A DNA stretch of 59,332 nt. It comes from Alphaproteobacteria bacterium. Lineage in GTDB: Bacteria > Pseudomonadota > Alphaproteobacteria > RF32 > CAG-239. Shown here piece by piece: positions 29,978 through 38,811 of the stretch. Location: positions 1 through 59,332 of the forward strand of contig JAEEMQ010000010.1 of assembly GCA_016283295.1 (NCBI GenBank). Reading direction: 5' to 3'. The first letter of the stretch is position 1, and each line of letters begins with the position of its first letter. Both the position numbers and the translations under genes were made by a program. The notes under the pieces are model-generated. The model did not search any database. It saw only the letters and a program-made list of their open reading frames with translations, and had not been told where the DNA came from.

Positions 29978-30323
29978 GTGATGTTATTATGAAGATACCG
30001 TTTATTTTATGTAATTATCGGACATTCAGTCAGGTTCGTGTTTCTTCCCCCACCCAAAATATAAATACCGGGGATTAAGGAAGACGCACGAGGGAGAGTT
30101 TTAGCACGGTCGGTACCAAAGGAAGGTACTTGTAACCTATACGGCTTGACTTTCTTGCAATGATTTATCGTTGCCTTGTTTCTGATTGTGATGTCCAGTG
30201 CGTGGCTTATTCTTTTATCCGGATTAAAATCCGATATTGGAAATAAAGCCACAAGAAAGTGCCGTTTGCAAAACAAATGGCACGAAAAGTAAACGGCCCC
30301 GCTAAAACGTGGGCCCTTTTTTT
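29978..30323 (+). ncRNA. Unassigned, highly structured ~345-nt RNA
   Basis: Bracketed by a promoter and a hairpin+T run; at least six helices including a 15-bp long-range helix (30020-30034/30181-30196); many G-U pairs that work only on the + strand; no credible long ORF. Confidence 0.65.
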
Positions 30324-30348
30324 ATTTTAAAATATCGCACTTTTTTGT

Positions 30349-30377
30349 TTGACAAAAAGGAAAATAAATGCTACCTT
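30349..30377 (+). promoter_or_regulatory. Sigma70-type promoter
   Basis: TTGACA (30349-30354), 17-bp spacer, TACCTT with extended TG; the track's TTG start is this -35 box. Confidence 0.65.
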
Positions 30378-30417
30378 GATCAGAGTTTATTTATTAGTTA
30401 CAAATTTTTTTCAATTT

Positions 30418-31002
30418 ATGTACAATCCAAACGAAGTTAATCCCTATTTTTTCGGGGATCCTGAAAAAGTTAATGAACTGTGCGAGTTGTTGAAGGATGC
30501 CCGCAACATCGTGGCTCCGGACGACGAGAAGTATTTGTTCAAACCGGAATATCGCCCGGCATTGTTCGAATACCTCAAGCATCATTCCCTACATGAGGTG
30601 AATCAGGGCCTGATGTTCCGTCCCGAGAACGAAGACGTGCTCCTTTTCTTCCTGGAGAACTGGGTTCTGGGCTCAGTGTTCGAGGCTATGCTGTTCGAGC
30701 CGGAGTTCCGCGGTAAGTATCTGATGAAGTACATCGAGTTCCATAACTTTGCGGACCACGACAACGAAATGTTGCTGTGGGGCAGAGGGATGCGCGAGTA
30801 CCGTCGTTTCTACATCAACCAAACGGAATTCCATATCCGCGAGGCTGAGTTGAATCTCTTAAAGCCGGAGAACGCCGAGGACCTGCAAATCTACGTCAAG
30901 AACAAGCGCAGGTTCTTCCGTGACGTCGAGCCGGAGTTCCGCAAGAAGGCGGCTCCCGAGCTGGTGGCTCTGTATGATTTGTACCATAACGCTAAGGCGT
31001 GA
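30418..31002 (+). CDS. Hypothetical protein with ~24-26-aa imperfect helical repeats
   Basis: EKYLFKPEY, GLMFRPEN, EAMLFEPEF, ELNLLKPEN recur; ATG 30418 downstream of the promoter; no SD. Confidence 0.75.
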   Translation: MYNPNEVNPYFFGDPEKVNELCELLKDARNIVAPDDEKYLFKPEYRPALFEYLKHHSLHEVNQGLMFRPENEDVLLFFLENWVLGSVFEAMLFEPEFRGKYLMKYIEFHNFADHDNEMLLWGRGMREYRRFYINQTEFHIREAELNLLKPENAEDLQIYVKNKRRFFRDVEPEFRKKAAPELVALYDLYHNAKA

Positions 31003-31005
31003 CTA

Positions 31006-31050
31006 TATCCCCGAAATGCTGCTTGAATGCCGCTTTCGGGGATAAAATTT
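31006..31050. terminator. Hairpin between convergent genes
   Basis: TATCCCCGAAA...TTTCGGGGATA inverted repeat. Confidence 0.7.
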
Positions 31051-31053
31051 ATA

Positions 31054-31434
31054 TTAATAACAATCGTCGCCGTTGAAATTAAAATCCGTTATAATATTGT
31101 TGCGGATAACGAAAGCGGTTTTGCAATAAAACAACGGCGGCGGCAGCGGCAAACCGTAGTTCGGAACCGCCATGGCGGCATAACTCAGCTCGCCGGCATA
31201 GGGCTGATAATCGTCAGCAACGGGTTGGCTTTCCGCGGAGTAATAAACGGCCAAATAAGTGTTGTCGGCAACCGGAATTATCTGTTGCGGCTGGCCCCAT
31301 GAGCCATAAAGATAAGCGGCGCTTTTGCCGACCGTATTTTCAAGCTTTTCCTGATATGCGGAGCGGGAATAGCCAACGTTTTGACAGGCGGCAACAAGCA
31401 ATATTCCCGCCGACAAATATATGAATTTTTGCAT
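31054..31434 (-). CDS. Hypothetical lipoprotein
   Basis: Lipobox LVAAC; VGKS...L..SWGQP; directly downstream of hflX. Confidence 0.75.
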   Translation of the reverse strand: MQKFIYLSAGILLVAACQNVGYSRSAYQEKLENTVGKSAAYLYGSWGQPQQIIPVADNTYLAVYYSAESQPVADDYQPYAGELSYAAMAVPNYGLPLPPPLFYCKTAFVIRNNIITDFNFNGDDCY

Positions 31435-31435
31435 T

Positions 31436-32752
31436 TTATTTCCTTATACTTATATCCTGATTTTGTTCGCATATTTTGCTGAGGCGCGCCAAATCGTCCG
31501 CGCGTATGCTTACGGTATAAGTATTTTCGTTTTCCGAATTTTCAAGTTTTTCGATGCGGCTGTTTTGGTGCAACCAGGCCGCGGTTTTGCCGTCGGATAC
31601 GGGAAAAATAACCTGGCAGCGAATGTGAGCCGAGGTCAGTTTTTGTTCGATAAGGTGCAAGAGATTATCGCAACCGGCACCGTTATGGGCCGAAGTCAGG
31701 ACCGTTCCGCTCTTATCTTTGATTTTGTTGTGCCAACTCTGTCTTTCGTCAGGCTCCAGCAGGTCGGCCTTGTTCAAAACTTCGATATAATTATCGGAAT
31801 ACTGAATTTCGTTAAGTCCGAGATTGGCTAAAACCTGCAACACATCGGTGCGCTGGGTGTTGCTGTCCGGGTTAGAAATATCGCGAACATGGAGGATAAT
31901 GTCGGCATTCAACACTTCTTCCAAAGTGGCGCGAAAAGCCATAATCAGTTCGTGCGGCAAATCGGAAATAAAGCCCACGGTGTCGGAGAGGATAATCTCC
32001 ATCCCGTGCGGCAGGGCAATTTTGCGCATGGTCGGGTCGAGGGTGGCAAACAGCATATCCGCCGCCATCACGTTGCTTTGCGTGAGTTTGTTGAACAGGG
32101 TTGACTTGCCGGCGTTGGTGTAGCCGACCAGCGCTACAATCGGGTAGGGTACTTTGCGGCGGGCACTGCGTTGAATGTCGCGGGTTTTGCGCACCTTTTC
32201 CAAATCTTTTTTAATGCGAACGATTTTATCATCGATAATACGGCGGTCAAGTTCGATTTGGGTTTCGCCCGGGCCGCCCAAAAAACCGGCGCCGCCGCGC
32301 TGACGTTCCAAGTGAGTCCAACTGCGGACCAGGCGCGAACGCTGATAGGTCAAGTGTGCCAACTCAACCTGTAATGCGCCTTCTTTGGTTTGCGCCCGCT
32401 CACCGAAAATCTCCAAAATAAGTGCGGTGCGGTCAATAACTTTCAGTTTGAGTTCGCGCTCAAGATTGCGTTGCTGAATCGGACTTAAGCGGGTATCTAC
32501 CACCATCAGGTCAATATTTTGCTCGGCAATAATCGGCTGCATCCGCTCGATAAAACCGCGACTGAAATAGGTGGCCGGCTTGAGTTCTTTTAAGTTGACG
32601 ATTTCGCTGTAGGCAATATCGAGATTGATAGCCCGGGCCAGACCTTTGGCTTCTTCCAAACGGCTTTCGGGAGACAAACTCAACGTTTCGCCCGCAACAA
32701 TCGGGCAAATAACACAAGTTTTGCAAACGGGATTTTGTTGATATTCTATCAC
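31436..32752 (-). CDS. hflX: GTPase HflX
   Basis: RSWTHLERQRGG, GPGETQIE, GYTNAGKS, LFATLDPT, DTVGFI, NKAD. Confidence 0.97.
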   Translation of the reverse strand: MIEYQQNPVCKTCVICPIVAGETLSLSPESRLEEAKGLARAINLDIAYSEIVNLKELKPATYFSRGFIERMQPIIAEQNIDLMVVDTRLSPIQQRNLERELKLKVIDRTALILEIFGERAQTKEGALQVELAHLTYQRSRLVRSWTHLERQRGGAGFLGGPGETQIELDRRIIDDKIVRIKKDLEKVRKTRDIQRSARRKVPYPIVALVGYTNAGKSTLFNKLTQSNVMAADMLFATLDPTMRKIALPHGMEIILSDTVGFISDLPHELIMAFRATLEEVLNADIILHVRDISNPDSNTQRTDVLQVLANLGLNEIQYSDNYIEVLNKADLLEPDERQSWHNKIKDKSGTVLTSAHNGAGCDNLLHLIEQKLTSAHIRCQVIFPVSDGKTAAWLHQNSRIEKLENSENENTYTVSIRADDLARLSKICEQNQDISIRK

Positions 32753-32967
32753 TATTCTTCGGCAATATCCAATGCAACGCTCGGCATAATGGTAGAAACG
32801 GCGTGCTTATATACCAACTGCGTATGGCCGTCGCGGCGCAACAACAAACTTTCTTCATCCTGTGCCGTAATAATGCCCTGAAGCTTAACTCCGTTAATCA
32901 AAAACACGGTAACGGCCACTTTTTCTTCTTTAATATCGTTCAAGAAATCACTTTGTACTTTGTTCAT
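32752..32967 (-). CDS. hfq: RNA chaperone Hfq
   Basis: [26 protein letters not shown]; upstream of hflX. Confidence 0.97.
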   Translation of the reverse strand: MNKVQSDFLNDIKEEKVAVTVFLINGVKLQGIITAQDEESLLLRRDGHTQLVYKHAVSTIMPSVALDIAEE

Positions 32968-33114
32968 TATTTTTATCCTTATTTAAAAGTATCTCTGAGA
33001 TTACGATATAAAACTTTTTTGCATAAAAATCCACGATATTTGTACTTTTTTACACGGAATATTTACGATTTTACGCCTAAAATATCAAAAAATACGCAAA
33101 CAAAGGAGGACAAT

Positions 33115-34185
33115 ATGAAAAAAATAATTTTTACCGGCGGCGGTTCGGGAGGCCACGTAACGCTGAATTTGGGGCTGATTCCTTTGTTTATGCAAGCCGG
33201 ATGGGAAGTGATTTACATCGGTTCTAAAACCGGAATTGAAAATGAGCTGATTAAAAAAATTAAGGGTGTGAAATACTATCCGATTGCTACCGGCAAGCTG
33301 CGTCGCTATTTTTCGTGGGAAAATTTTAAGGACGCGATGCGGGTACCGCTCGGGGTGTTCGAGGCTTGGAACATTATCCGCAAAGAAAAGCCGGATGTGG
33401 TGTTCTCCAAGGGAGGTTTTGTATCGTTTCCGGTGGTGTTCGGAGCCTGGCTTAACGGCATTAAAAAGGTTTATATGCATGAATCCGACGTTACGCCGGG
33501 GCTGGCCAATAAAATGTCGTTGCCGTTTGTCGGTACCTTTTTCACGACTTTTGCCGATACGGCCGAATATGTCGGCGATAAGCGCAAGGTGCGTTGTGTG
33601 GGGCCGGTGTTGACCGATCGGCTGGATAACGGCGATGCGGAAAAAGCCCGCGATATGTGTAATTTTAAGGCGGATAAGCCGGTGTTGATGTTTGTCGGCG
33701 GCTCGCTCGGGGCCAAAAGCATCAATAATGCGGTGATAAAAAATTTGGAGGCACTGCTTGAAAAATATCAGATTATTCATATCTGCGGTAAGGGGCAGAC
33801 GTCACTTGCGCGTTGCGAAGGTTATGCGCCGTTTGAGTTTGTGGATAAGGAATTTAAGGATTTGATGGCGCTGGCTGATGTGGTAATTTCGCGCTCCGGC
33901 TCCAATGCCATTTTTGAGCTGTTGAGCCAGAAAAAGCCGATGCTGTTGGTGCCGCTGCCTTCAACTTCGAGCCGCGGCGAGCAGGCTCTCAATGCCAAAT
34001 CGTTCCAAAAACAGGGCTTTGCCGAAATTTTACGCGATGATAAGGTGGAAGCCGATTTGCCGGAGGCGATTGAAAACGTGTTCAAATATCGGCAGGATTA
34101 TATTACCAATATGGAAAATGCCGAGTGGAAACGCACTACCAATCAGGAATTGTTTGAGGAAATTTGTAACGATGCGCAAGTATAA
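33115..34185 (+). CDS. murG: Undecaprenyl-PP-MurNAc-pentapeptide GlcNAc transferase
   Basis: MKKIIFTGGGSGGHV, TGKLRRY, FSKGGFVS, HESD..PGLANK, GGSLGA, SRSGSNAIFE; ATG 33115 with AGGAGG SD (track start 32803 overlaps hfq). Confidence 0.9.
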   Translation: MKKIIFTGGGSGGHVTLNLGLIPLFMQAGWEVIYIGSKTGIENELIKKIKGVKYYPIATGKLRRYFSWENFKDAMRVPLGVFEAWNIIRKEKPDVVFSKGGFVSFPVVFGAWLNGIKKVYMHESDVTPGLANKMSLPFVGTFFTTFADTAEYVGDKRKVRCVGPVLTDRLDNGDAEKARDMCNFKADKPVLMFVGGSLGAKSINNAVIKNLEALLEKYQIIHICGKGQTSLARCEGYAPFEFVDKEFKDLMALADVVISRSGSNAIFELLSQKKPMLLVPLPSTSSRGEQALNAKSFQKQGFAEILRDDKVEADLPEAIENVFKYRQDYITNMENAEWKRTTNQELFEEICNDAQV

Positions 34186-34879
34186 AAATATTGTTATTCT
34201 GACCGGTGCCGGTATTTCCGCCGAATCCGGGTTGGCGACTTTTCGCAGCGAGGACGGATTGTGGAACAAGCATCGGGTAGAAGATGTTGCTACCATTGAA
34301 GCGTTTTATCGCAACCCCGATTATGTGCATGAGTTTTATAACGAAATGCGGCCGGAGCTGTTTAACGCTCAGCCTAATGCCGCGCATAAGGCAATTACAA
34401 CCCTGCAGGAAAAATACCCGGCCGAAATCAGCGTGGTGACGCAGAATGTCGATACATTGCACGAAAAGGCCGGCAACAAAAACGTATATCATATTCACGG
34501 ACAGATTAATCAGATGCGTTGCTTAAATTGCGGCCATGTGTTTGAAACCTGGGGCGAATTTTCTTCGGAAGACGTGTGCGAAAATTGCGGCCTGGCGGCA
34601 ACTTTGAAGCCGAATATCGTGTTTTTCGGCGAAGATTTATTATATATGGATAAGGTCGATGATTTATTAAGGACGTGTGATTTGTTCTTATCAATCGGCA
34701 CTTCGGGGGTGGTATATCCGGCGGCCGGATTTGTGCAAATAGCCAAGATGTTCGGGGCGGATACTTACGAATTTAATATGGAAAAAACCTCAAACAACCT
34801 GATGTTTGACGAACATATCTACGGTCCGGCCGGTACGACGTTGCCGGAGTTCGTGGAAAAATTGCTGGCGGAAAAATAA
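34172..34879 (+). CDS. cobB: NAD-dependent deacylase (Sir2 family)
   Basis: LTGAGISAESGLATFR, TQNVDTLHEKAG, HIHG, CxxC...CxxC, IGTSGVVYPAAG; ATG 34172 overlaps the murG end. Confidence 0.93.
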   Translation: MRKYKNIVILTGAGISAESGLATFRSEDGLWNKHRVEDVATIEAFYRNPDYVHEFYNEMRPELFNAQPNAAHKAITTLQEKYPAEISVVTQNVDTLHEKAGNKNVYHIHGQINQMRCLNCGHVFETWGEFSSEDVCENCGLAATLKPNIVFFGEDLLYMDKVDDLLRTCDLFLSIGTSGVVYPAAGFVQIAKMFGADTYEFNMEKTSNNLMFDEHIYGPAGTTLPEFVEKLLAEK

Positions 34880-34920
34880 AAGAGCCAAACGTTCGTAAAG
34901 AACGAATGGCTCTGTCATCT

Positions 34921-35181
34921 TTAGAGGTTGGGATGAAACTTTTCAATCATCTGACTGACTTCATCAGCAACCTTGGGCTCAACCGGCGCTATTTTCTGCA
35001 GCAAGGTCTTGATTTTCGGAACCTCCTCAATGGGGATGTTTTCAACTTCTCCCATTTTGTCCTCCAACATCTTGACGATGCCGGTGCGGATTACGTGACT
35101 GTTCTCAGATTCCGTTTTCAATGATTGGCTGATAAGGCGCAACGGTAGCAGGAGCCCGCTTGTTTTCTTGTTTTCACTCAT
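34921..35181 (-). CDS. Hypothetical protein (86 aa)
   Basis: Consensus promoter upstream and hairpin downstream (AGAGCCA...TGGCTCT, 34882-34913); AT-rich leader. Confidence 0.65.
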   Translation of the reverse strand: MSENKKTSGLLLPLRLISQSLKTESENSHVIRTGIVKMLEDKMGEVENIPIEEVPKIKTLLQKIAPVEPKVADEVSQMIEKFHPNL

Positions 35182-35217
35182 AGATATGTAACTAAATAAT
35201 TTTTTTCACAATTCTCT

Positions 35218-35246
35218 ATTATATGCTCTCAAAATATAAATGTCAA
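35218..35246 (-). promoter_or_regulatory. Consensus sigma70 promoter
   Basis: TTGACA (35246-35241), 17-bp spacer, TATAAT (35223-35218) on the minus strand. Confidence 0.8.
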
Positions 35247-35273
35247 GTATATAAAATCAAACGCCATAAAAAA

Positions 35274-35690
35274 CTATTCGGCATTTATCCATTCGACGGT
35301 GTCTTTGGCAATGCATACCACCGCGGCAACAAACAGCCGAAGCATTCTCCACAAAGCGGAGACTACCCACAACAAACAGATGACGAATGAATAGCAAACC
35401 ACAAAATAGATGAGCAGAACTACCATCAAATTGATGAAATAGTTTAAACAAGAGAACGATTCATTTTGCCAATAATTACCCACCTCGGCAAACAACGCAA
35501 GCAGTACGTTTACAACATACAGCGCCCTGCAGATTTTTTGCATGTCGGGGTGCTTGGTAAAAGTGAATTTCTGATACCGCGCCAACGGTACGCTCATGTC
35601 ATTGAGATAAAACTCGCAACCGGCCAGAAAAGCCGCCAGCAACAGACCGATCCAAAAAATCGGGTTACCGTAACTAAATAATAACTCCAT
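35274..35690 (-). CDS. Hypothetical membrane protein
   Basis: Several hydrophobic segments; ATG 35690 preferred; promoter TTGACA(35762-35757)-17-TACACT upstream. Confidence 0.65.
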   Translation of the reverse strand: MELLFSYGNPIFWIGLLLAAFLAGCEFYLNDMSVPLARYQKFTFTKHPDMQKICRALYVVNVLLALFAEVGNYWQNESFSCLNYFINLMVVLLIYFVVCYSFVICLLWVVSALWRMLRLFVAAVVCIAKDTVEWINAE

Positions 35691-35770
35691 ACATAAAGAT
35701 ATTAAATAACACACTAATTCTTAATTGAGGGGCAGTGTATTATTCTTTTATCAATATGTCAACAAGTGAT

Positions 35771-36715
35771 TTATTTATATGAGGCGCGTTTCAGACGGTC
35801 GTTGATGGCCAGGCCCAAACCGTTGCGCGGAACCGGGGCTACGGCGATTTTGCCGCGAGTTGCCGAAGAATCGGCCAAACGCAGATAGGCAAACAGGTTG
35901 CCGGCAGCTTCTTTAACATCGCCGCGCGGGCTCAAGTTTATGTCGCCGTCGATTTTGCCGAATCCGATGAAATATTCGTCCTTATCCGGCCGGACTACAT
36001 TGATGCGCAAGACGTTGCGCGGAGCATAGTGACGCAATAATTGCCCCGGAGCGGAAGGTAAATCCGGGTTGCCGGCAGAAAACAAAACTTCTTCGCCCAA
36101 AAATTCTTCAATATCTTCTTTGGCCGTACCGCCGGCACGCAACATAACCACTTGCGGACCGGTTAAATCCAAGATGGTTGATTCAACCCCGACCGCACAA
36201 GGGCCGCCGTCCAAAATCATATCGACCTTATCGCCCAAACCGTCGGCAACGTGCTGCGCCGTGGTCGGGCTGACTGACTGGTATTTGTTGGCCGAAGGCG
36301 CCACAATCGGTACACCGCTTTTGCGTATGAGTTCCAGCGCCATCGGATGACGCGGCATTCTTACCGTCAGCGTGCGCAAGCCGGAACAAGCCAAATCTAT
36401 TGCCGGATTTTCTTCGACGCGCTTCAAAACAAAAGTGAGCGGACCGGGCCAAAAACGTTTGGCTAAAGCAAATACACGGGCATCGGTGGCGGCATATTCT
36501 TTTAAGAAATCCACCTCGGCAATATGCGAAATCAGCGGGTCGAAATGCGGGCGCTGTTTGGCGGCAAAAATGGCGGCAACCGCCTGTGCGTTGTATACGT
36601 TGGCGCCCAGGCCGTAAACCGTTTCGGTCGGGAAGGCCACCAGCCCGCCGTTTTTGATAATCGCGGCGGCTTTTTCCATATTTTGCGGAGTATTTTTATA
36701 AATATTATCAGTCAT
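35771..36715 (-). CDS. sua5: Threonylcarbamoyl-AMP synthase, Sua5 type
   Basis: VAFPTETVYGLGA, K.RP..DPLI.H, FWPGPLT, APSAN, GVESTI, APGQL.RHYAP, LAINDRL.RA. Confidence 0.95.
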   Translation of the reverse strand: MTDNIYKNTPQNMEKAAAIIKNGGLVAFPTETVYGLGANVYNAQAVAAIFAAKQRPHFDPLISHIAEVDFLKEYAATDARVFALAKRFWPGPLTFVLKRVEENPAIDLACSGLRTLTVRMPRHPMALELIRKSGVPIVAPSANKYQSVSPTTAQHVADGLGDKVDMILDGGPCAVGVESTILDLTGPQVVMLRAGGTAKEDIEEFLGEEVLFSAGNPDLPSAPGQLLRHYAPRNVLRINVVRPDKDEYFIGFGKIDGDINLSPRGDVKEAAGNLFAYLRLADSSATRGKIAVAPVPRNGLGLAINDRLKRASYK

Positions 36716-36716
36716 C

Positions 36717-37118
36717 TCAAAAATTAAAAATCTTACTCAAAGCATAGTCCAGCTCGACATCTCCGTACTTGTCCGTAACCTTAAAATCGTTGCGGTCGAT
36801 AATCAGATATTCGCCCAGTGTGTAATCGTAACAAAGCAAATCAAAATCGTTGTATCCGAGCAAAATGGTGTTTTCCGGCTTTTTCATCTGCTCGTTTTTA
36901 TCAATGATATCCAAATCGTCGTCAACGGTGGCGCCGAAAAGATAAGAACCGTCGAACTTCATCCCGTTATAATGGTGAAGAAAATCGGCATAAGACTTCG
37001 GAATCATGCCCAGTCCCATATTATGCAGAACTTTTTGGGCGATAATCAGCGCCTCGGCTTCCAGCTTTTCGCCGTGAGCAAACTTTTTGCCCTTGATTTC
37101 ATCCAGAAATGTATTCAT
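36717..37118 (-). CDS. SUKH (SMI1/KNR4, YrhA-like) immunity-type protein
   Basis: IPKSYADFLHHYNG...LFG, ILLG...LLCYD...GEYLIIDR; start overlaps the upstream stop. Confidence 0.75.
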   Translation of the reverse strand: MNTFLDEIKGKKFAHGEKLEAEALIIAQKVLHNMGLGMIPKSYADFLHHYNGMKFDGSYLFGATVDDDLDIIDKNEQMKKPENTILLGYNDFDLLCYDYTLGEYLIIDRNDFKVTDKYGDVELDYALSKIFNF

Positions 37119-38683
37119 AGCTCATTTCCTTTATTCTTTTTGGTCAGCTTCAGATTTTTCCCCGCGGCCTTGTTGATGCTCTTTTGAGCTTTGGAATCAG
37201 GCACGATCCAATCGGTGAAAATCTGTAAATCTTCGGCGGAAACGTTGATTTTATCTTGCAACATACCAATCAGGTTGCGGCGCTCGTTGCTCAAATCGCG
37301 CTTAGAATATTCAATGTGGTAGCGGTCAGCAATTTCCGGAATATTGTTAAAGCGCTGTAGTTGCATTTCATAATAGTTAACCACGTTTTGCTTATCTTGC
37401 TTAATGCGTTTTTGCAAACTGCTGTTTTTATCCCATTCGCAACTGATTTCAAAATTAAAGCCGTCAAGCAGCGCCACATTTGAATCATACATATTGATAC
37501 GGGAAAAATACATTTCGTTGTTTTTTGCAACTTCGTCGGTATCGTCAAACCCGTGGAAATAAGCGCGGTGCATTTCGTGCTCAACCAACACCAGGTTGGT
37601 CGGGTAGTTAACTTTGGCCAGATAATCGTCGTCGTTGGCAAATTTTACGGCATTTTTATGATGCACCTCAAAGCACGGCATATCGTCTTTGCTCAGCGGC
37701 ATGCCGTTTTCGTCGCGGGCAACGAGAATATTCTCTTTATCGGCCAAAAACATTCGGTCCATCAGCTCTTCCGGTATTTTATCGCCGACTTTATAGTCTT
37801 CGCTGTAATACGGGGTGTTGCGCAAATCTTTGATAATGCGCGGAGTGAAATTGATTTCCGTCACTACCAGGGTAGCAATATCGCAGCAACCGCTTTGCGC
37901 CATACGTCGACACAGCGAAACAACCTTGCGCTCGTCCAAACCGTTGGCAATCAGCCGATTATACAAGGTTTTGCCTTGTTCGCGCATAAAACTCTTAACA
38001 AACTTCTTTTTATAGCCGGTTTTAAGGAACAATGCTTTCATCGATTCCGGGGTCTTGGCAAATGATTTATGAATAACATCGCAGAAGTCGCTGACCGACA
38101 TTACCTTGAGCGCATCGGGATTAATGCCGTTTCTGTACATATAGCGGCGAACATTCGGGGCAATCGTGCGGAAGCTCTCAAACTGGTTGAAAACGCGCCA
38201 CATCGGCGATTGCGATAAATCATAATCTTTCAATCTGAATTTGCCGCGGTTTTCGTTTTTGCAGAAAAACTTGTAATACGAGCTGAGTTCGTGTTCGCGA
38301 CGGGCATCAATGGAGCCGTAACATTCCATCCGCACCAGCTTTTTTTCGTCATCGGACAGCGGATAATAAATGTTGCCGGCATCATAAAAAGAACCGCACA
38401 TCCAACCGATCATCTCGAGGCAATCGGCGCTTAAATCAAGCAATTTCTCCTGCATTTTGGCCGGAGAAATCGTGACTTTGTTATAGGTAATGTCGTGCAA
38501 CAGGTCAACCAGGGCGATTTGCCGCGGATAGGCCAGATTGGTAAAATTTTCCTGAAAATCGATGGGGTTGCGCAGAGTTTCCCATAAGTCGGCATTATCC
38601 TTGATAAATCTGCCGGTCAGCTCAGAGGCGCTCGGTAGAAAATCAAAATGTTTTTCGGCGTATGTTTTTTTTCTGCGGCTCAT
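37115..38683 (-). CDS. Protein with internal HNH endonuclease motif (putative nuclease toxin)
   Basis: FEVHHKNAVK...VNYPTNLVLVEHEMHRAYFH. Confidence 0.7.
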   Translation of the reverse strand: MSRRKKTYAEKHFDFLPSASELTGRFIKDNADLWETLRNPIDFQENFTNLAYPRQIALVDLLHDITYNKVTISPAKMQEKLLDLSADCLEMIGWMCGSFYDAGNIYYPLSDDEKKLVRMECYGSIDARREHELSSYYKFFCKNENRGKFRLKDYDLSQSPMWRVFNQFESFRTIAPNVRRYMYRNGINPDALKVMSVSDFCDVIHKSFAKTPESMKALFLKTGYKKKFVKSFMREQGKTLYNRLIANGLDERKVVSLCRRMAQSGCCDIATLVVTEINFTPRIIKDLRNTPYYSEDYKVGDKIPEELMDRMFLADKENILVARDENGMPLSKDDMPCFEVHHKNAVKFANDDDYLAKVNYPTNLVLVEHEMHRAYFHGFDDTDEVAKNNEMYFSRINMYDSNVALLDGFNFEISCEWDKNSSLQKRIKQDKQNVVNYYEMQLQRFNNIPEIADRYHIEYSKRDLSNERRNLIGMLQDKINVSAEDLQIFTDWIVPDSKAQKSINKAAGKNLKLTKKNKGNEL

Positions 38684-38811
38684 TATATCAACCCCGTTTG
38701 CATATTGAAATTTGTTTTGTCTAAACTATAACAAAAAAATATTATAAAGTCTACTATTTTTTAACGATATTCAACGATTATAATAAAAAAAGTTCTGTAA
38801 AGGAGGAAATA

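Noticed and set aside
30098-30105. GTTTTAG resembling a type II CRISPR repeat start
   Set aside because: No repeat-spacer array and no cas genes in the window.
29978-30323. Permuted (two-piece) tmRNA or RNase P RNA
   Set aside because: CCCCCACCC...GGGGA and GAGGGAGAGTT look superficially similar, but there is no T-arm plus CCA end, no ANDN...AA tag frame and no GAGGAAAGUCC / CGGCUUA P4 pair. A very divergent version cannot be excluded without cmscan.
32803-33114. N-terminal extension of MurG in the ORF track
   Set aside because: Overlaps hfq on the other strand; the SD-supported start is 33115.
34012-34020. CAGGGCTTT as a third copy of the NAD leader loop, upstream of cobB
   Set aside because: Lies inside murG coding sequence, differs at the last base and lacks the flanking stem.
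33992-34171. Possible murG-cobB frameshift fusion or long CobB N-terminus
   Set aside because: Simple 14-bp gene overlap; CobB homology starts at ATG 34172, which has a GAGGA upstream.
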